NCBI GenBank assembly: GCA_000388065.2
Contig: KB932207.1
DNA length: 64,000 bases
Reading direction: 5' to 3' (one strand)
From: Fonticula alba ATCC 38817
Taxonomy: Eukaryota > Protista > Nucleariida
The notes below the pieces were generated by a model that ran no database searches, was not told the origin of the DNA, and saw only the letters and a list, made by a program, of their open reading frames with translations. The position numbers and the translations under genes are program-made. Position 1 is the first letter of the stretch. The number at the start of each line of letters is the position of its first letter. Positions 46,825 to 59,686 of this stretch are shown one piece after another.

Positions 46825-47227
46825 CACCTTCTCTTTTGCGCCCGGGCCCGTGATGTGTGTTTATGCGCGCGCGCCGGCGACGGAGGACAGACTGCCGGCC
46901 GGCCGGCGGGGGGGGGGGGGGGGGAGGAGGGTCCACGCATATTTTGCACATATCCATGCATGGTGGTCACTTTATTTTGTTGTCTTCCCGCCTCGCGGGG
47001 ATTGTCCACTCGCGTGTGCCAGGGCGGGCGAGGCGCGCTCAGTTGCATGTTTCGGAGCGAGGCAGACAGGGGGAAAGAGGGGGAGGGCGGGGGAAAAAAC
47101 AAAGGCCAGGCGGGGGAGACGCACTCGCACTCACACACACACAATCCACAGCCAGATACTCGGGACTGCTGCCGGCCGTCTTGGGTCGCTGCTGCGCTCC
47201 TTTTGCCCTTGCACTGCCCTGTCCCGG

Positions 47228-49224
47228 TCATGTGTGCGCGCTGTCGAGGAATACGTACGGGTGGCGGCGGAGGGCCCGGCGCAGGCCGCATGGCCGGAGC
47301 AGCTTCTCGAGCGAGACCTGAGGCCGGCGGTTGGTCAGAAACAGCCGCACGAAGGGGTCCGCCCCCAGGGCCGGATCCAGGCGCTCGGCAGCCGCCAGCT
47401 CCCGCAAGGCCTGCCGGTTGTCGCCGCACGCGCTCAAGGCTTGGGCCAGCTTTTTTGGATCCCGGCCAGAGGGGGCCACGCGGTCAGGCACTGGACGGGC
47501 GACGAAGAGCGAGAAATCCGGACAGGGCCCCCAGAGCTCCCCCTCGCACCTGGACATGGAGCTGGGCCAGCTGAGCCGAATCCATGGAGCTGGCCGATGC
47601 GCGGTTCACCGCACAGCCTAGCAGGATGAGAGCTGGGGGCTGAGTCAGATTCACTGCCACCGAGGGACCGTATGCGCGCGTACGAGAGAAAGAGAGAGAG
47701 AGGAGGGAGGGGGAGAGGCAGAGGCAGAGGCAGAGGCAGAGGCAGAGGCAGAGGTAGAGGTAGAAGAGAGAGAGAGAGAGAGAGAGAGCATGGAGATGAA
47801 CATGGAGATGAACATGGAGATGAACATGGAGATGAACATGGAGATGAACATGGAGACGAACATGCCCAGGCGTACCGTGCGTCTGGTGAGGTGTGCCCAG
47901 ACGCGTTTGGCGCAGCTCGAGGATCCAGGCGGCGAAGATGCCAGCCAACAGGGGTGGTGTGGCCACCGGGCCGCCCGCTGCGACGCCGGGGCCCACAGCC
48001 ACCGACATGCAGGAGGGCAGTCCCACCGGCAGGCAAGGGGTCAGCATCCGGCCGAGGGCCGCACCCCCGGGCAGGCAAGGAGGAGGCATGAAGAGGGCAG
48101 GAAGGAACACGCACTGCCCTGGATAATGCGCTCGGCCAGTCGCCCGGCGGTGTCAGTGGCCCAGGCGGCACAGCGGCACAGCTCCCCCGGGTCGGCCGGC
48201 AGTGTGTTGCCCAAGCACGCAATCCGAAGATGAATGCCCACCAATTCGGTGAGCTGCCTGGCCAGGACCCCCGGCGATACGACGGACACCGGCCAGCGCT
48301 GGGCACGCTCGGCGAAGCGCCTGCAGCCACGAGGGCGAAAAAAGCGAGGTAAGAAGCAGGAGGCAGGGGGCGAGGCGGGGGGGGGGGGGGGGGGGGGCCT
48401 CTCGGACCGGCGCCCGGGATGGCCGCGACCGCCCCGGGCCGACCCCCACCCCCGGGCCGGGGGCGGTCTGGCGGCGAAGAGCTCCCGAGGAAAAAGTGGG
48501 CGTACCGTTCGGCCGCGACGATGCGCGCCTCGGTCCGGCGTCGGGGCGCCGGGCAGGTGCCAGGGTCGGTGAGTTCCCGACGCAGCTGAATGTACAGCAA
48601 CTCGAAAAGTGTGGCCATCTGCGACAAGACCAGGTGACACTCCATGGAAAAGAAGGCCCACGCCGGCGGCCGCGGCCGAGTGGCTCTCAAACATGCACAG
48701 GGTGCGGGCCCCTCGCGGGTGCGGGGCCCCTGCCGCCAAGCCACACGTCGGCCCAGCACCCGCAGAGCATCCTCGCAGACGGCCTCCGCGGCCAGGAGAT
48801 ACTCCTGGGCCGTTCGCGCGATGGCCTGGCCGCCCCGGGGGCCAGAGCCCCGATCCAGATCCACCGGCCCGAGGCCGTGGGCGGCGCGAGCCGCGAGCTG
48901 GAGCAGCCGGGCCCGAACGACAGCCGGGCCGCCTCCGCACAGGCACAGCACGCCGGCGGGTGCGGTGTCGGCCAGAGCCTCGCGCAGTCTGGCGAAATAC
49001 GCCTCGGATTGCTCATCTTGCCCGGGAGAAGCACCAGTCAGCAGGTCAGTCCGGCCAGAAGCCGAGAGCGGGACGCCGGAAGCGCCAATCGTCGCACCAG
49101 TAATGTCCTCCAGGGCCCGGAGATGGGCAGCCATTCGCAGGGGCTCGGGCGTGCCGTCGGGCACACGAACCAGCCAGGCCTGACGAGTCAGGCGCCGGTG
49201 GAGCTCCCCGGCGGCGAGAACCAT
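47228..49224 (-). CDS. Hypothetical multi-exon helical protein; 3' exon structure unresolved
   Basis: Coding-like segments MVLAAGELHRRL...LFELLYIQLRREL, FAERAQRWPVSVVSPGVLARQLTELVGIHLRIACLG and DPKKLAQALSACGDNRQALRELAAAERLDP are separated by GT(A/G)CG-AG introns. I could not reconcile all intron phases. Confidence 0.55.
47690..47864. repeat. Composite intronic satellite: (GAGGCA)n, (GA)n and 6 copies of the 12-mer CATGGAGATGAA (47789-47860)
   Basis: Read directly: five perfect copies plus one variant (CATGGAGACGAA), with no spacers. Confidence 0.9.
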
Positions 49225-49839
49225 GGATGCCTGGGATCGACGGGCCGGCGAACGGGGAAGGGGGCAAACGGCAAAGCAAAAAAAAAGAAAGCGTCTCGCC
49301 AACGACACGAGCTGAATGGCGGGGGGGGGGCGGGGAGGAATGATCGACGAGCGGACGCCTCCGCCAACCAGCCAGAGCCCCTGAAAAAAGCACCCCCCTG
49401 CCCAACCGGCGGGACAAGAGAAAACAAACAAGGCATGAGAACAGCCCCCGGATGCGGCAACTGGCCGATGTCACTTGCACACCAGCCCGTATATGATATA
49501 CCCGGGGCCCGCCGCGCCGCCGAGGCCCGAGACTGGGCTCCGACACCGGCCCCGGGCAACGGCGGAAAACAAGAGCAAGGAGGGAGGGGGAGGGTGTGTG
49601 TATTGCTGTGCGCACACACGAGCCGCACTGCGGGGGGGCGGGGGGGGGGGCATAGAGCACACATGCGCCACAAAAGCCCAACATGAAAGCCAGGACAAAA
49701 AAGGCAGGGAAGAGGCCACCCACCGGGCGCGGGGGGGGGGGGGGGGGCGCGCGCGCCGGCGGGAGGGCACATGGTAGGCGACAAAAGGCGGAGGAGAGGG
49801 CGGAAGGAGAGGGGGAGGGAAACAAGGACATGGCACACA

Positions 49840-49871
<32 letters not shown>

Positions 49872-50039
49872 AGGGAGGTGGACGACGAGGACGAGGGGGG
49901 GACGAGAGGCGGAAGCAGGACGCGGCACGTGTCAAACATACACACACACACACACACATACATACATGCGCATGCATATGCACACGCACACACCCATGCG
50001 CCGCCACACCGACCCGCCCCCTCGCCGCCGGCTGGCCTC

Positions 50040-53000
50040 TCAGTTGGCGTCGAAGCCCATGTACTGCTCCGGGAGCTGGTCCTCGCCTGGGGCATCGAAG
50101 AGCACGGTCTCGGTGCCCGGGTCATCGGCCTCCAGGGCCGTCGGCGCCAGGGCAAGGGCCGCCGTCTCGGACGGGCTAACCGAGGCCCCGGTGCCAAACT
50201 GCCCGGACCCGGCGGCCGAAGAGGGCGGCAACAAGCCACCCGGCGAGCCGGCCGACGGAGGGGGCGGGATGGCCGGGATCGGGGCCCCGGCAGCCGGGTG
50301 CCCGGCACCGCCGATGATCAGCCGCGCGCCGCCATTGGAGCGCGGGGTGGCCGCCGCGGCAGCCGCCCCGGCCGACGGGTAGTACAGCGGCAAGCCGCCG
50401 CCCTGCTGCTCGTCATGGTGCAAATCCGCGCTGTGCAACCCCAGCGGGTCCATGTCATCCTCCTCATCTTCATCCGAGGCCATCCAGCTGTCCACACGAT
50501 GGTAGCCATCGCGCGCGCTGCCGGCCACAGCCGCGGCACCGGCCGCGGCCCCGGCCCGGATCGGCGTCATGCCGATCATCTCCCCGCGGCCGGCCGGCAC
50601 CGGGGCCCCGGGGTTCTTGGGGTCCAGCATGTCCTCGGTGTCGAAGCGCTCGCGGCGATTCTTGCTGTAGACAAACAGCGCAAACGAGGTGACCAAAATG
50701 CAGAAGCCGGACACCATCAGCACGGCGGTGGTGTTCCGGCCCTTGGCCGGGGGCGGCGGCTCGGTCGACCCCTCGCCCGGGGGCGGGTCTTCCACCTCCG
50801 GCAGGGGGGTCCCCTCCAGTCGGGGAATCGAATCGAAGACCGGCACCGCGGCCTGGGTCACCACCACCGCATGGACCAGGGCATCGCGCCGGCCGCCGGC
50901 CGCCGCCTGCGCGGCGGCATACACCTCGGCCAGGGACCGGCTGCCGGCGATGGCCGCATGCGACAGATCACGCGCCAGGCGCCGGACTACCCCGGCACCC
51001 TGGGCACCGGGCACATGGATGGCCGAGGTCAGATACCGGACCAGCAGGCGGTAGTGCTGGGTTTCGGCCGGGTGCGCCGCCAGGGGCAGGCGCACAGCGC
51101 GCTCATTGACCGCCGTCACATCCAGCTGGTACACCGTCTCGAAGGTGGCGGCCTCCGGCGCGGCCTGGCCGGAGCCGGTCTCCGGCGCCCGGGGCGCCTG
51201 CCGCTGCAGGACCACCTGCATGCTGTCCATGCTGTCGGGGATCGACCCGCCGGCCGGCAGGCTGGTATCCACGGCCAGGGCCACCACCACGCTGGCGCCC
51301 GGCTGGCCGGGCAGCACATGCACAGGGAAGGACGCCTCGGCAATGCTATCCAGCGGCAGGTGCTCCGGGCGGATGCGCAGCGCCCCGGTGGCCAGGTCAT
51401 GCTGCCAGATGGCATTGACATCGCACTGGGCCGGGTCGGTGACCGGAGCACAGTCGCCATATGCCGCGCCTGGCACCGCACCGGCCTCCGAGCGCTCATT
51501 CAGCAGGCACGACCGCGGCAGGCAGCGAAGCCCGGCCGTGGTGACGAAGTCCGGCCGGGCCGGCTCCTCGGTGCCCTGGGACCCGGATTGGCCGGAAACC
51601 GGGCCCCAGGCCATGCGCGACAGGGCGCCCCCAGGCCCGATGACCAGGGTCACCGGGGTGGGAAGCTCCTCGTCCGGCGTGTCGGCGAAGGTGGCCGCGC
51701 TGCCACTCGGCGCCGGGGGGGGGTACATGCCCTCCAGGGAGCAGGCATCCAATTGCACCGGCGGGACCGAGGAAATCGACGCATCCACCAGGCAGCCAAA
51801 GGTATCCGGCGAGCCGGGGCCCACGACATCCACCAGATCATACGTGCCGAGGGGGGCTGCCCGAGCGAGCTGGGTCTCGGCCACCACCGACACCAGCGGC
51901 ACCGGCAGGCGCATTTGCCGGCCCTCAATGAATCGGGGGTCCTGTGGCGAGACAATCGCCAGGCAAGGGCCGCTCACCATGTCGGGGACAATGCGCGCAC
52001 GGCTGTTGCTACAGCCTGGGCACATGGGCCGGGGCATCCGAAGCGCGTGAATGCGAGAAGCCGGACATTTGGGAGCCGGGGCCCGGGGAGGGAGCGAGAC
52101 CGAGACCCAGACCGAGAGGACATAGGATCAGTGGGAGGAAGCAAACAGAAGCGTGCACGAGGCATCCAGCCGAGAAGAGGGAGACGAAGGAAGAGGAAGG
52201 GAGGCACGCACCGCACGGCAGGTCGAGGGTGTGCTGCGGGGGAGTGGGAACATCCTCCGGCTGATCGGGCAGGACCGCCGGGTCGATGCAAGTGGCGGTC
52301 GGCTTGTAGCTGCATCGGGGAGGAAGAGCAAGCGGGTGACCACCATATATATGACGGTGTCAGGCGGAGGGCAGGGCGCTTGGGCACATCAAAAGGCGAG
52401 GAAGAACGCGGAGGAAGCGGGTCGCGGAGTGGGGGGGCGGGGGCGGGAAGGCGGCGTACGCAATCGTCGTCCGGCGAACACCGGCCTTCGGACCGAGGAT
52501 GCACTCATCCTCGCTGACGATGACCTGGTCTTCGGCGGTGCAGAGGGCCCGGTGGCAGCCGGTGCCGCCCCAACCGGGCTCGCACTTGTGGCAAACGCCG
52601 GTGGTACCGGCGGAGGTGCACTTGCCGTGCTGGCAGTAATCCGAGCACTTGCGAGCTACGTGGGTGGGGGAAAAACGGACGTGCACGAGCACAGGGCATC
52701 GGGCGAGAGCAAGGCGAATGGGAAGGGGCCCCGGCGGGGAAATGGCCAAAGGGCGGTCAGGCAAAGAGATGGAGAGAGAGAGGGGGGGGGGAGGGGGGGC
52801 GGAGACTGCGGACGAGTGGGGACGAAGGAGACGCACGCTTGTCGCAACGCTTGCCGGACCAGCCCATGGTGCAGACGCAGACCGCCTTGCGGCTGAGAAC
52901 GGCCGCCTCATCAGAGTGCTCGATGCGGCAGACGCCATTCTGACATCCACGCTTCTTGCAGAGGGCCTCGTCATCGAGGCTGGAGTCGTCGTCGTCGTCG

Positions 53001-53594
53001 TCATCGTCATCGGAGTCATCGTCGGAGTCGTCGTCGGTCCCGGAGTCGGTGTCGGTATCGGGCTTGGAGCCGGAAGCCCGGAGCTCGGCGGCATGCGCAC
53101 GCACCCCGGTGGCCACCACCGATGACAGGGAGTGCAGCCGGGCTGCCAGTTGCTCCAGCGACGTGGACGTCGTCTGGGCGCCGAGGTCCTCTGCGGGCCG
53201 GACATGGCGAGCATGGGGGATGCGCGGGAAGGCNNNNNNNNNNNNNNNNNNNNNNNNNNNNNNNNNNNNNNNNNNNNNNNNNNNNNNNNNNNNNNNNNNN
53301 NNNNNNNNNNNNNNNNNNNNNNNNNNNNNNNNNNNNNNNNNNNNNNNNNNNNNNNNNNNNNNNNNNNNNNNNNNNNNNNNNNNNNNNNNNNNNNNNNNNN
53401 NNNNNNNNNNNNNNNNNNNNNNNNNNNNNNNNNNNNNNNNNNNNNNNNGGGGGAGTCAAGCGTCATGCGCGGCGAGGCGGCGCTGACGCACCAGCGAGGG
53501 CGGCGCCGGCCGGGCTCAGGGCACCGGCCGCGCTGAGGGACGAGAGGCTCAGCACAGCCAGGCAGGCCACGGAGGAGAGGAAGGCGCGAGCCAT
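50040..53594 (-). CDS. Type I membrane protein: signal peptide, acidic tract, two EGF-like domains, ~450-aa ectodomain, one TM helix, ~200-aa cytoplasmic tail
   Basis: Signal-like MARAFLSSVACLAVLSLSSLSAAGA at 53594. EGF-like CKKRGCQNGVC...CVCTMGWSGKRC and CSDYCQHGKC...CHKCEPGWGGTGC. TM AVLMVSGFCILVTSFALFVY followed by SKNRRER. The gap at 53234-53448 interrupts the 5' part. Confidence 0.75.
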
Positions 53595-55298
53595 CTTCAG
53601 CACGTGGAGGGGGCGGGACAGGAAGGCGGGGGATCTCTCAGGGGACTAAGGAGCAAAGAAGATCGTGTGCATTCGGGGGGGGGGGGGGGGGGGGGGGCAG
53701 GGATGGGAAGGATGGCCGGCCGCAAGCGAGGCTGGCGGCCCCGGCACCGTGGTTGGTCTTGGCTCCTCCTGCCCGGTCCGGCGGCCGGGCACGGGGGAGG
53801 GGGGGCGAGGAGCGGGGCACTTTCCTCTTTCTCCTCGGCGCGCCGTCTCCCCCCCCCCCCCCCCCTCGGTCAGGGTGGTGATTGCCGCATCTAGCCGGCG
53901 GCGAGCATTCCCGCCCGCGGGGGGGGAGACCCCCCGCCCGGGATGCCCGGTGCCCGGCGCCCGCGCGCTTGCAGTTAAAGCGCCCCCCCCACACATACAC
54001 ATGCCTGCACCCAGCCTCTTGCCCTCTTCCCGGGCCCGGCCCCAGGCGAGAAGAATACAGCGGGCCTGTCCTTTTCATCTCCCACGGGCGAAGATCCCCC
54101 GGCAGCCGGCGACATTCCAGCTGCCCCCGAAAGAAGCACACCCTCGCACGCCGGCGCCGGTGAGCGCACGCCTGGCCCCACCCACGACCTTGCCCATGAC
54201 CGCAGGAACGTGTGCGTGCATCGGCTGCTGGTCTCCATGTGTCTACGCGGGGGCGCGCGCACCGGCTCGCCTGCGTGGGTGGGTGTGTAAAAACAAAGTA
54301 TCAAGCCGGCGTGGGAGGGGCGGCACACTGGTGGGCCGTTTTTTCTTCAGGCCCAGCCGAGGCCATGGCGCCTGCGCTGGAGAAACCCAGGAATGCCAGG
54401 CCAAGGGGGGGGGGGGGGCAGGCACCCGGACGCAGGCTCCCTCCCCCCCTCCCACACACTCCGGACGCACGGCAAGAGAAGCGTGCGTGCGGGGACCATC
54501 TTGGACTGGGTAGGCCGGCGCGTGGGCGTTTGGCTGACACGGTCTTGCGGGTGGACCTTGCGCCGGGGCCAGAGCACGGCGGCTGTGTCTGCGCGCCCTT
54601 GCCTGAAGCCCAGACCGCCCCCCCCCCCCCCCCCCCCCCCCCCTCCCGGCCCAGCGCCGGCGCAACGCTGACCGCCTGCTCGTCAGGAGGCCCGGGGCCC
54701 GGAGCCATGACACGGGCCGCCCCGGCCGAGCTGCGCGAGAAGCACGCCGGCTTTTCTCCGACCGCCGCTGCCGCACGCTCGTTCGTCCGAAAGCCCGAGC
54801 CCGCCGGAGGGCACGCGCGCGGCGGGGGGGGGGGGGGGCCGGCGCCGGGGGCACCAGCCGATCGGGCGGGCGGCGTTCCCACCAGGCTTACCCGAGTGCC
54901 AACGATCGCACGGGCCTGCCTGCCCGCGGGGCTCAACGACGGAAGCCTGACGAGGCTGGCTCCCGGTCCATCCAGCCCCCTGCGGTCGGAAAAAAAACCG
55001 CCTCCCCCGGGCACGTCGCTCGAATCTGGCCGACATCACCGGCAGATGGTGGTGATGATGATGATCGGGCAGGGGGGGGGGGGGCGGGGGGGCGGGGCCG
55101 GGGAGGAGGGACCAGCCCGCCGGGACGCCAATGACGCCTGGGATCCACAATCGGCGAGCCTTCTGGAATCACAGCCCATCACCAGATGGCAATGGTGTTC
55201 TGCTGAGGGCGGAAGTAAGGCGCCCGTCGTGGCGGACCCCGGGCGGCATACATGTTTGCCGCGGTCTGGGTCCCTGCCACCCCGGGGCTTCGGGCACT

Positions 55299-55433
55299 GT
55301 CCTTGCGCAGTGGTGATCACCGTAGTCAATGAGGGTCTCCCGATGGCACGGTTATTGCTGATTGAAAACTATCCCAATTACCCGCACTCGGCCACTGGCC
55401 TTGTGCAATTTTTGAGCATGTCCCAACATGTTT
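55299..55433 (+). ncRNA. U4: U4 spliceosomal snRNA
   Basis: GTCCTTGCGCAGTGG (U6 stem II), CGTAGTCAATGAGGG...CCGA (5' stem-loop/k-turn), TTATTGCTGATTGAAAACT (stem I), CCCAAT, Sm site AATTTTTG at 55407-55414 and a terminal hairpin AGCATG...CATGTT. The order is collinear with human U4. Confidence 0.92.
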
Positions 55434-55848
55434 CCCACAACACACCCCCTTTGCCTGTTTTAAAAATTGAATGCGCACAGCCGCGCCCCGCCACGCGCAC
55501 GGACGGCTTCTTGTCTGAGTCTGGCAGCAAAAAACACCGACGCTGCTGCGCGCACCCCCGGGGGGGGGGGGGTGCCCATTCTCTTCCCGCCGCTGTCTCG
55601 CAGGGGCGGGATGCCTTTCACCCCATGGTTCGGCCCTCCTCTCGGCCCCTTTTGTTCGCCGAACGGGGGAGGAAGGAAAAAAACGCAGGAGGGACCCCCC
55701 CCCTCCCGACCGGCGGCTGTGATCTCATGCGCTGCGCGGTCCCCGCCTCGCCGGGTGCGGCGCATCACAAAGGGCGAGGAAAGAGGCCCACGCACGGGGG
55801 GAGGAATAGAAAAAAAAACATGCACCATGGCGATTCCCCGGCACACAT

Positions 55849-55881
<33 letters not shown>

Positions 55882-56308
55882 AGTCCGCCACGGAAGAGAA
55901 AAGCACACACAGGTTGAGACTATATTGCTAAGGGAGGGGCGTATGTGGACAGGTGAGCGAGCGGAGGAAGGGGGAGAGGGGAGGAGGGCGTGATGACAAC
56001 GAACACCACAACGGTGTCCCGCGAGGCTCTCCTCCCACCCATCTCCGTGGGACAATGCGCACATACACACTCGGCCCCCCACTGGAGGGAGGGGAGGGGA
56101 ATGATGCACTTGGCCTCGTGCCTCGCGCCTCTCTCCCTCCCCCTCGCCTTGGATCCAGAGGGGAGGCGCGTCGCCCCTCCGGGCGTGGTCACACCCCGCT
56201 GGAGAGGGGAAAGAGGAAGGGCCGGGGCCGGGGCCGGGGACGGGGGGGGGGGGGGATGACATGCACCCCATGTCCCGCGCCAACATGCCCCGCCTCAGTC
56301 CGGTCCCC

Positions 56309-57163
56309 TTAGTTGGCGGTGGTGGCCTGGGCCTTGGCGGCCTCGGCAGCCAGACGCTCGGCACGCTTAAGGGCCCGGCGGCGGACATCCAGATGGTGGC
56401 GGAGGACCAGCTTGGACGAGATCGACAGGGGGAGCGACTCGAGCACGAAGTGCTGCAGCGCATGGGGCAGGTACGGCAGGACGAGGAAGCTGCGGCCGGA
56501 ACGCTGGAGGGCGTAGCGAGCGAAGTTGTCGGCGGTGGGGGTCATGAAGTTGGGCTTGCGAATCTTGCTCATCTTGGACACGACGAAGTAGGGGACACAG
56601 CACTGTGTGTGTGTGTATGGGGGGGGGGGGGGACAGGTCAACACACTGGCAGCGAGAGACAGGAAAAGAGGGATAACCACACAAAATGGGACCCACCTCA
56701 ACATGGATGCCCTGGGACTTGTACTCGAGGTTGAGGGAGCGGGAGAACTTGTCGACGTAGGCCTTGGTGCCGGAGTAGACCGAGTAGAGCGGGTCACCGG
56801 TGGACATGAGACCGGCAGCCGAGCCGATGTTGATGATCAGACCACGACGGCGGGAAGTCATGCCCGGCAGGACGGCCTGGGTGATGTGCGTGAGGGAGGA
56901 AACGTTGACGGCGATGAGGTTGTTGATGAGGGTGGGGGAGATGTTGTGCAGGTAGTCGGCATGGTTGTAGGAGAGCCCGGCGTTGTTGATCTAAAGACGG
57001 AGCGAGGGCGGGCACAGGGACCCGGGAACATATGGAGGTGAGTGGGCGCGCGATGGTATGGGCATGCGAGGGAAGGGGGATAGCAAGAGAAGCAGCCCCC
57101 ACTGCTGTGCGTGCACACAGCACTCCCCCCCCCCCCCCNNNNNNNNNNCCCTGGCCGTGCCAT

Positions 57164-57202
<39 letters not shown>

Positions 57203-57654
57203 AGAGAGAGGCAGGCACGCACCAGGATGCCGACCTCCACCTCGCTGATGGCGGTCTTGATGTCCTTGATGGACTCCGGGTTGGACAGGTCGGCCAGCAC
57301 GGTGCGGACCTCGGTGGAGGCGGTCTTGGCCTTGTGGGCCAGGATCTCCTCACGGGCGGCGGCCAGCTTCTCCGGCGAGCGGCCGACGATGATGACATTC
57401 AGACCCTTCTCGCGGAGGATCTTGGCGAAGGACAGACCAATGCCATCGGTGGCGCCGGTGACCAGGGCCCAGTTGCCATACGCGCGGATGTTGTTGGCCG
57501 GGCCGAACATCTGCTTGGCCGAGGTCATCGTGCACAGGGCCATACGGGCAAGGGTAGCCGCACCGACGGCGGCCAGCAGCCAGAAGGCCCAGGTGGGCGA
57601 GCTGGTGGCCTGGTCGAACAGCATGTTCTTGAGGAAATCCATGATGGAGAACAC
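56309..57654 (-). CDS. KAR: Very-long-chain 3-oxoacyl-CoA reductase (SDR, HSD17B12/IFA38 family), 3 exons
   Basis: N-terminal TM, YGNWALVTGATDGIG, VGIL|INNAG, IINIGSAAG, YSGTKAY (YxxxK) and VPYFVVSKMSKIRKP. The start may be the second Met at 57642. Confidence 0.93.
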
Positions 57655-59103
57655 GACCTCGTAAGGGCTACGGTTGCCGGGAACCTGGCCCGGCGAGGGA
57701 AAGAGACCGGGCGAGAGAGGGGGGGGGGGGGGAGGGGCGGAGGCGAGTCAGCGAACGCGGGGACCAGGCAGGAGACCCCGGGCAGAGGGAGGGCAAAAGG
57801 CTCACGGATGCATGGACTCACACAGGGGGGGGGATTCGCGGCGACTGAGGAGATTATCGGGGGGGTGTCAGAGGCCGGCACCCTGGCCGGAGACGGACCG
57901 CACGGTGGTGGCACTTAAAAGACGCCCCGGCGCGCGCATGTTGCGGTCCCGCCGGGCCGGCCCCCACCCCGATCGCTGGTGCGCGCCCGCCGGGAACCGG
58001 CCAATGGGCAAGACGGCCCGCGGCCCCGGCCATCTGACCCAGAGAGTTCGCCCCCTGCCAGCCTCCGGCTGGGGGGGGCCGTCCGGCGCGAGCTCAGGCC
58101 CAGGGATCCACTCTGCTCGGCGACGCATCGAGGGGGGGGGGGACGTGGGGTCCACCGGAAGGGGGCTCCGGACGGCGGAAACCCTGGAACCCGCTGACCG
58201 CCATTTCACGGTGCGGGGGCACGGGTCCCGCCGGCGCGGGGAGACCCCAAAAGGGGGAAAACCGCGGAGCCGAACAGCCAGCCCCCAGCTCTCTCTCTCT
58301 CTCTCTCTCTCTCCCCCGGCCCCTGGCGGTCGGGGGCCGGGGGGAGGGGGGGAATGTGGGCCGAAGTTCGCGGGTCGCGCCTGTCGCGCGTAATTCCCGG
58401 GCACGGCCAGGCGGACAGGGTGGGCGGGGCAGGGGGGGTTGCCCAGACACTCCTCGCAAGACGCCTCACCTGGTGCCGGCTGGCCCTCGGGACGAGCAAG
58501 TCAAGGGGAAAAGGCGTCCTGGCTCCAGGCCCCCGCCCCCCCCCCCCCCCACCAGGGGGAGGGAGCCGGAAACATTTGCATTCAACCAGGGCCGGGCCGG
58601 ACCATTGGGACCCGCCGTCCGGTGTCATATGCGCCCTCCAAGCTGGTGCTTCGTTTCCCGGGCCGCACTCTTGCGCTGGGCAGTAGCGTCACCGGAAGTG
58701 GCCCAGACCCCCCCCGCTGCCCCCGTGCGTGCCTCCAAGGCTTGTTTGCATGCGGACCTGCCGTGCGGCCCACGGCCGGGGACCCGGTGGGGAACGGTGA
58801 AAAACCGCCCCCCTGCCTCGCTCACCACACAAACCCACAAATCCACACACCCGCGCACCCGCGCACCCGCGCACCCGCGCCCCACAGACCACCAGGCCCC
58901 CACATCCCGGCAGTGGCGACTGTCGAGCGAAACAGCCCGAGTGCCAACGCAATGGGCAGTTCTATAGTTGTAGATTCGGGCGGGACGGGAAGCGACAGAG
59001 AACCCAGCACCGGCGTCCCACACGGCCGAGGGGGCGGGCCGGCGAGCGGGCGGGCGGGCGGGCCGCGGGCCGGCGGGCGGACGGGGAGGGAACGCGCCCC
59101 TGA

Positions 59104-59644
59104 TCACTCGGACGGCATGGCGGCCGGCTGCAGCGACTGCAAGAAGGCCTCGAGCGTCAGGAGCGACCGGCGGAGGCTGGTCCGGTGGATGTTGCGCGTG
59201 GTGAAGTCCGCCTCGTCGGCCGGCTCGCGGTCGGCCGTTTCCGACCGGTTGAGCTCCCTCTCGACCGATCGGATGGTCGGCACGGCCTCGGGATCGAAGT
59301 CGGCCAGTTCCTCGGTCGACAGGGCAACGCAAATGCGCCCGGTGGCCGGGTGCACGCAGAAGGGGCTCTTCAGCAGGTGGTTCGTCTGCCGGGTGACTTG
59401 CACATCAAGACGCGGGTGGCAGAAGGCAAACATGAGGGTGTCGCACGCCTCCCCAGGGACCAGCCGCTCCAGAGCCGCCCACCGCTCCAGGCTGTCGGGG
59501 CCGGTGCCGATGCGGTTCCACTCGTCACGCACTCGGGCGTACACTACGTGTGTGGTGGGTATGGGTGCGGGCATGGGTCCGGATGTGGGTCCGGATGTGG
59601 GCAGGTAGGCATGTAAGAAGATCAGGGGTGGCCAGGGCAAGGAG

Positions 59645-59686
<42 letters not shown>

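Noticed and set aside
47789-47864. CRISPR-like array
   Set aside because: Contiguous 12-mers with no spacers, inside a eukaryotic intron, with no cas genes.
48150-48620. Resemblance of the orphan gene to the KIF-binding protein C-terminus (ERYAHFFLGS, LPADP)
   Set aside because: The best-matching segment falls after a GTACGC donor and is probably intronic. The remaining similarity is too weak.
27686-53594. A Notch-like functional cluster of PEN-2 and the EGF receptor
   Set aside because: They are 22 kb apart with unrelated genes between them. The receptor has no LNR or intracellular ankyrin repeats, and eukaryotic linkage alone is not evidence.
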